From contig JAGVHI010000018.1 in the NCBI GenBank assembly GCA_020056635.1, positions 1 to 60,821 of the forward strand: a stretch of DNA of 60,821 nt. The letters are read 5' to 3'. Made by a program: the position numbers and the translations under genes. Below, piece by piece: positions 57,005 to 60,821 of this stretch. A model generated the notes under the pieces. That model saw nothing but the letters and a program-made list of their open reading frames with translations. It was not told where the DNA came from and made no database searches. Source of the DNA: an archaeon (lineage in GTDB: Archaea > Micrarchaeota > Micrarchaeia > Anstonellales > Anstonellaceae). The stretch's first letter is position 1. Every line of letters starts with the position of its first letter.

Positions 57005-58036
57005 ATGCCAGATATACGGGTAAGGGATGTGTCGAAGTATTATGGGAGCGTCCGTGCGCTTGCAAAAGTCGACTTGGCAATACATGACGGGGATTACACT
57101 GTGCTGCTTGGGCCCTCGGGCTGCGGGAAAACCACATTGCTCAAGATAATCGCCGGGATATTGGAACCGACCTCTGGGAATGTGAGAATTGGGGGGAAGA
57201 GTATGACAGGGCTTGCGCCAGAGGATAGGCACATTGGGTTTGTTTTCCAGAACTATGCCCTGTTCCCGCACCTCCCAGTAGTGGATAATGCCGCATATGG
57301 GCTGATTGCACGGGGCGAGAATCCTGACAAGGCACGGAGAATTGCAACAGACATGCTTGGGCTCGTGCACCTTGAAGAGAGGACCACTGCGATTCCCAGG
57401 GAATTGTCCGGCGGGATGCAGCAGAGGCTTGCAATGGCAAGAGCGCTTTCCACTGGATCAAAATTGCTCTTGCTTGATGAGCCCATGAATGCTCTTGATG
57501 CGTATATCCGAAAAGAGCTTCGGGTGGAGCTTCGCAAGATGGTGAAGAAGCTCGGGCTTACTGCTATTCATGTCACGCACGACCAGGAGGAGGCGATGGC
57601 GCTTGCTGACAAGGTCGTGATTATGCGGGATGGGAGGATAATGCAGGTCGGGACCCCACAAGAGGTGTACAACCACCCAATTAACCCGTTTGTTGCAAAC
57701 TTCCTTGGGGAAGCAAATTTCCTCCGCGTGCATTTTGAGAAAGGGAAGGCCAAGCTGCTCGGGGTGGAATTGAGTGAGGGCCTGTCGGGGGATTACATTG
57801 CGGCAATCAGGCCTGAAAACATGCACCTTGGTAATGAGGGGGCGAAAATAAAGGTAGCAAACTGCAGGCTTTTCGGCCCATACTACCGCTTCGAGATAGA
57901 TTACAATGGGATGCGGCTGCTGGTGCGCTCAAAATATGAGAACAATGATGCCAAGTGCGTCACGTTCGACCCTAAGGATGTGCTGCTTTTCAAGGAGCCT
58001 GAAGAGGGGCTGGAAAAATCCTTGAAAATTGAGTAA
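57005..58036 (+). CDS. ABC transporter ATP-binding protein (PotA/CysA-like)
   Basis: GPSGCGKTT, LSGGMQQR, LLLDEP, VTHDQEEA. Confidence 0.93.
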   Translation: MPDIRVRDVSKYYGSVRALAKVDLAIHDGDYTVLLGPSGCGKTTLLKIIAGILEPTSGNVRIGGKSMTGLAPEDRHIGFVFQNYALFPHLPVVDNAAYGLIARGENPDKARRIATDMLGLVHLEERTTAIPRELSGGMQQRLAMARALSTGSKLLLLDEPMNALDAYIRKELRVELRKMVKKLGLTAIHVTHDQEEAMALADKVVIMRDGRIMQVGTPQEVYNHPINPFVANFLGEANFLRVHFEKGKAKLLGVELSEGLSGDYIAAIRPENMHLGNEGAKIKVANCRLFGPYYRFEIDYNGMRLLVRSKYENNDAKCVTFDPKDVLLFKEPEEGLEKSLKIE

Positions 58037-58045
58037 TGAAACCCC

Positions 58046-58909
58046 CTATTGGTTGCAGTATAGCAGGCAGTCCTCCCTGTCCTGCCCGTCCATGTATTCG
58101 CATGTGGCGCACGCATCATAGGTCTCATCCGGCGACGTGTAATCGTAGTACGAGGGGAGCGCCTGCACAGGGCCGGGAAGCTCGAAATCAGAGCTGGAGA
58201 CTTGGGGCAAATATGCCACTGCGATAAGTTCCGCGAGCGTTCCGTCCGACTGCAATGAACGCAGGTAAAGAGGAACCCCTTGGGGGGAGAGGCATTCGCG
58301 GACAAAATCCTCGCCGTCGCGAAGGTCAAAGCACTTTGACGTGGTGCCCGCGATTTCCATAGTGCCGTTTTGAGCAGAGGATATTGTACTAAGGGAGGAC
58401 AGGAATGCTGAGTCTTCGTTGGGGAGCAATGAGTCGACCTCTGGGAGCCCCTCAAGGCTCATGCACGACCAGTTGCCGTTGTCATGCCCGCACATGAAAG
58501 AAGAATTTTCAAGTATGTATGTGCGGAGCGCTTGGCTCCCGGAAACTATGTCCGAGCGGAACAATGTTTTGTTGCCCAGGCGCGCGTAGTATTGTATGAT
58601 GGAGGAGTTTTGGAGCGCAGGGTCGCTTATGGAGAGCGAGGCGTAGGACACTGTCCAATTCGAGGACAGACCAAGCTTCACTAGGCGCTCGAACTCCGGG
58701 CTTGATTGGGGCTTTGGGGGGAGAGGGGCAGGCGCTGCGCTTGGAGCGGGCGCAGGAAGCACGGCTGGCTGCTTGGGTGTTTGGGGCGCGGCGCTTGTGG
58801 TATTGGGAATGGGTGAAAAATTAGGCCCTGGTTGCGTTCCTTGCTGCTGGGATGCACACCCCAGTAGCAGGATGGCGCACACTGCAATGATCAGCATTCT
58901 GCTCTCCAT
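58046..58909 (-). CDS. Putative lipoprotein (paralogue family)
   Basis: LLLGC; Pro linker; ECLSPQGVPLY; C-terminal C-x2-C-x10-C-x3-CNQ. Confidence 0.8.
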   Translation of the reverse strand: MESRMLIIAVCAILLLGCASQQQGTQPGPNFSPIPNTTSAAPQTPKQPAVLPAPAPSAAPAPLPPKPQSSPEFERLVKLGLSSNWTVSYASLSISDPALQNSSIIQYYARLGNKTLFRSDIVSGSQALRTYILENSSFMCGHDNGNWSCMSLEGLPEVDSLLPNEDSAFLSSLSTISSAQNGTMEIAGTTSKCFDLRDGEDFVRECLSPQGVPLYLRSLQSDGTLAELIAVAYLPQVSSSDFELPGPVQALPSYYDYTSPDETYDACATCEYMDGQDREDCLLYCNQ

Positions 58910-58922
58910 TGTTCGGCCCCGT

Positions 58923-59771
58923 TTACTGGTTGCAGGATGCAAGGCAGTCCGCCTTGTCCGCACCATCAAGGTAGTCGCAGTAGGCGCATGGGTCCACAGT
59001 GCCCCCCATCTGCCCTCCGAATGAGGGAAGTGTTTCTGCGACGGCTGGAAGCTCGAACACCGAGTCAGGGACGCTTGTTCCATAGTTTGTCGCAGTAAGC
59101 TCTGAGGTGAACGTGCCAGTGGAGGGGTTTGTTGCAGTTGATTTCACGTAGAGAGGAACGCCCTCTGCAGAGAAGCATGAGCGCGACTCGTGGCCTGTCG
59201 AGATTTCCGTGAGCTTGTAGCACGCTGCGCTCGTGCCTGCAACAGACATCGAGCCGTCCTTCACTATCGTGTACGTGTCCAGGTTTTTCGAGAAGTCTGC
59301 GGAGGCGAGTTCCGACATGTTGAGCGGGACGTCCATTTTGTAGCACTTCCATGCCCCACCCTGCATCATGCATGAGTAGAGGATGTCGGAGAGCATATAT
59401 GCCCTCGAATCCACCCCTTGCGACTTGGTGTCAATGCGGATTTTGCTCATGCCTTTTAGGTATTGGTCCATTTTTGTCACGCCAGCCGACATGGAGGTCG
59501 TTACGTCGTAGGAAACAAGGAATTCGGCAGTTTTCTGCCTGTTGTAAAGGTCTGAGAGCTCGCCGCGGGCATCAAGGGGCGGCATTGTTGAGGGGGGAGG
59601 GGTTGCGCCATTATCGCCACCTGTCGGAGGGTTGCCCCCGCTTGCGCCTGTCGGGACATTGCCTGCCCCGCCAGTGTTTCCTCCTGAGGGCGCAGCCTGG
59701 GGTTCAGATCCCGCACACCCGAATAGTAGTATCGCACATGCCAAAATAGCCAGAATTGCCTCTTTCATCAT
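58923..59771 (-). CDS. Putative lipoprotein (paralogue family)
   Basis: LLFGC; Gly/Pro linker; SCFSAEGVPLY; same 4-Cys tail. Confidence 0.8.
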   Translation of the reverse strand: MMKEAILAILACAILLFGCAGSEPQAAPSGGNTGGAGNVPTGASGGNPPTGGDNGATPPPSTMPPLDARGELSDLYNRQKTAEFLVSYDVTTSMSAGVTKMDQYLKGMSKIRIDTKSQGVDSRAYMLSDILYSCMMQGGAWKCYKMDVPLNMSELASADFSKNLDTYTIVKDGSMSVAGTSAACYKLTEISTGHESRSCFSAEGVPLYVKSTATNPSTGTFTSELTATNYGTSVPDSVFELPAVAETLPSFGGQMGGTVDPCAYCDYLDGADKADCLASCNQ

Positions 59772-59837
59772 CACACCTCCCGAGTTCGTTCCTCCCGCAA
59801 CCTTAATAAACCCTCAACGACAAAGTAAGCCCTGCGT

Positions 59838-60092
59838 GCCGGGATGGCAGAATCTGGTATCGCGTACGACTGGAAATCTCCCTTTTGAAAGAAATGAGGT
59901 ACAAGGGGAACGCAATCCGGTTATCGTATGCCCTCACGGGCTTATGGGTTCAGGCCCTTTTTCTTTCGCGCGACGAAAGAAAAAGCCCTTGGGTAAAAAG
60001 AAAGAGAAGGGACCAAAGAAAAAGACCCTCGGGTTAAAAAGAAAAAGTGAATCGCTGAGAAAATGGGCTGCCTATAAATCCCATTCCCGGCG
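59838..60092 (+). tRNA. tRNA-Ser(GGA) with two introns: 59876-59922 (37/38) and 59952-60075 (T-loop)
   Basis: Acceptor GCCGGGA/TCCCGGC plus G73; anticodon stem TACGA/TCGTA; variable arm GCCC/GGGC; T-stem ATGGG/CCCAT; the loop TTCAAAT is restored after splicing. Confidence 0.88.
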
Positions 60093-60116
60093 TTTTTAAT
60101 CAATAAAGGTGTATGA

Positions 60117-60821
60117 ATGGCTGAAAAGACAGAACCAAAAAAAGAGCATCAGGGGAAGCCTGCAGAACAGCATAAGCAGCAGCAAAAGCCGCAGGATTCG
60201 AAAGGCACCCAGCAGGGCGCGATGGCCAGTTCGTCGCAGGGCGGTCAGCACGTCCCACAAGGCGGGCAGGCAAAATCTCCTCAGCACGGAACGGCAGCTG
60301 CGCAGCACGCCGAGAGGAGCGATTTGAGGGGGATTGTCAGGATTGCGGGAAAGGACCTGCAGGGGCACGTGGCGCTCAAGCGCGCAATAACATATGTGAA
60401 GGGAGTGGGCTCGAATTATGGGGATGTGATTTCAACGATTGCCGCAAGGGAGCTTGCAGTGCAGCCGACAGTGGAAGTCGGAACCCTCTCCGAGCAGCAG
60501 ATTGAGAGGGTTGAATACATACTCACGCACCCGACGGAGTTTGGGGTGCCAAGATACCTGCTCAACAGGCAGAAGGATTTCACCACCGGCGCAGACAGGC
60601 ACATAATCGGGACCGATTTGGCTTTCACCGTGAAGCAGGATATTGAGCATGAGAAGGAGATTCTCTCGTGGAGAGGCTACAGGCATGCATATGGGCAGAA
60701 AGTGCGCGGCCAGCGCACGAGGACGGCCGGCAGGACAGGCATGACTGTCGGGGTCATCCGAAAGAGCATACTTGCAAAGGCCGGGGCTGGAGCGGTTACC
60801 GCAGCAGCTGGAGCACAGGCT
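60117..60821 (+). CDS. rps13: 30S ribosomal protein S13 with a long Gln-rich N-terminal extension (partial)
   Basis: IVRIAGKDL.G, KGVG, P.YLLNRQKD..TG, WRGYRH..GQKVRGQRTRT; runs off the window. Confidence 0.95.
   Translation, partial: MAEKTEPKKEHQGKPAEQHKQQQKPQDSKGTQQGAMASSSQGGQHVPQGGQAKSPQHGTAAAQHAERSDLRGIVRIAGKDLQGHVALKRAITYVKGVGSNYGDVISTIAARELAVQPTVEVGTLSEQQIERVEYILTHPTEFGVPRYLLNRQKDFTTGADRHIIGTDLAFTVKQDIEHEKEILSWRGYRHAYGQKVRGQRTRTAGRTGMTVGVIRKSILAKAGAGAVTAAAGAQA
60216..60254 (+). repeat. Family-2 39-nt hairpin element, in-frame in rps13
   Basis: GGCGCGATGGCCAGTTCGTCGCAGGGCGGTCAGCACGTC. Confidence 0.8.

Noticed and set aside
59632-60099. 155-aa Lys-rich track ORF
   Set aside because: It is antisense to a lipoprotein gene and overlaps tRNA-Ser and its A-rich intron

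Overview
Archaeal chromosomal window. A DPANN origin, probably Micrarchaeota-like, is inferred from the archaeal ribosomal protein set, multi-intron tRNAs and pilin-like or lipoprotein paralogues. The right half holds the S10/spc ribosomal superoperon (rpl3 to rpl15, secY, adk, DUF106, rpl34e, cmk, rpl14e, cbf5), an ABC transporter, tRNA-Ser and rps13. The left half holds purine, folate and lipid genes (prs, guaAA, purB, two glyA, a HemK-FolC fusion, purN, mvaD, GGGP synthase) and many surface proteins. Four observations stand out. (1) An ORF of at least 968 aa, missing from the ORF track (2904 to <1, minus strand), has a class III pilin signal peptide, about 29 knottin-framework Cys repeats and the start of a Hint/intein domain. 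(2) Two families of small hairpin elements are inserted in-frame, sometimes nested, in housekeeping genes. (3) A tRNA-Ser carries two BHB introns, one of them 124 nt long in the T-loop. (4) A structured leader lies upstream of rpl3. All calls come from manual reading; no searches were run.
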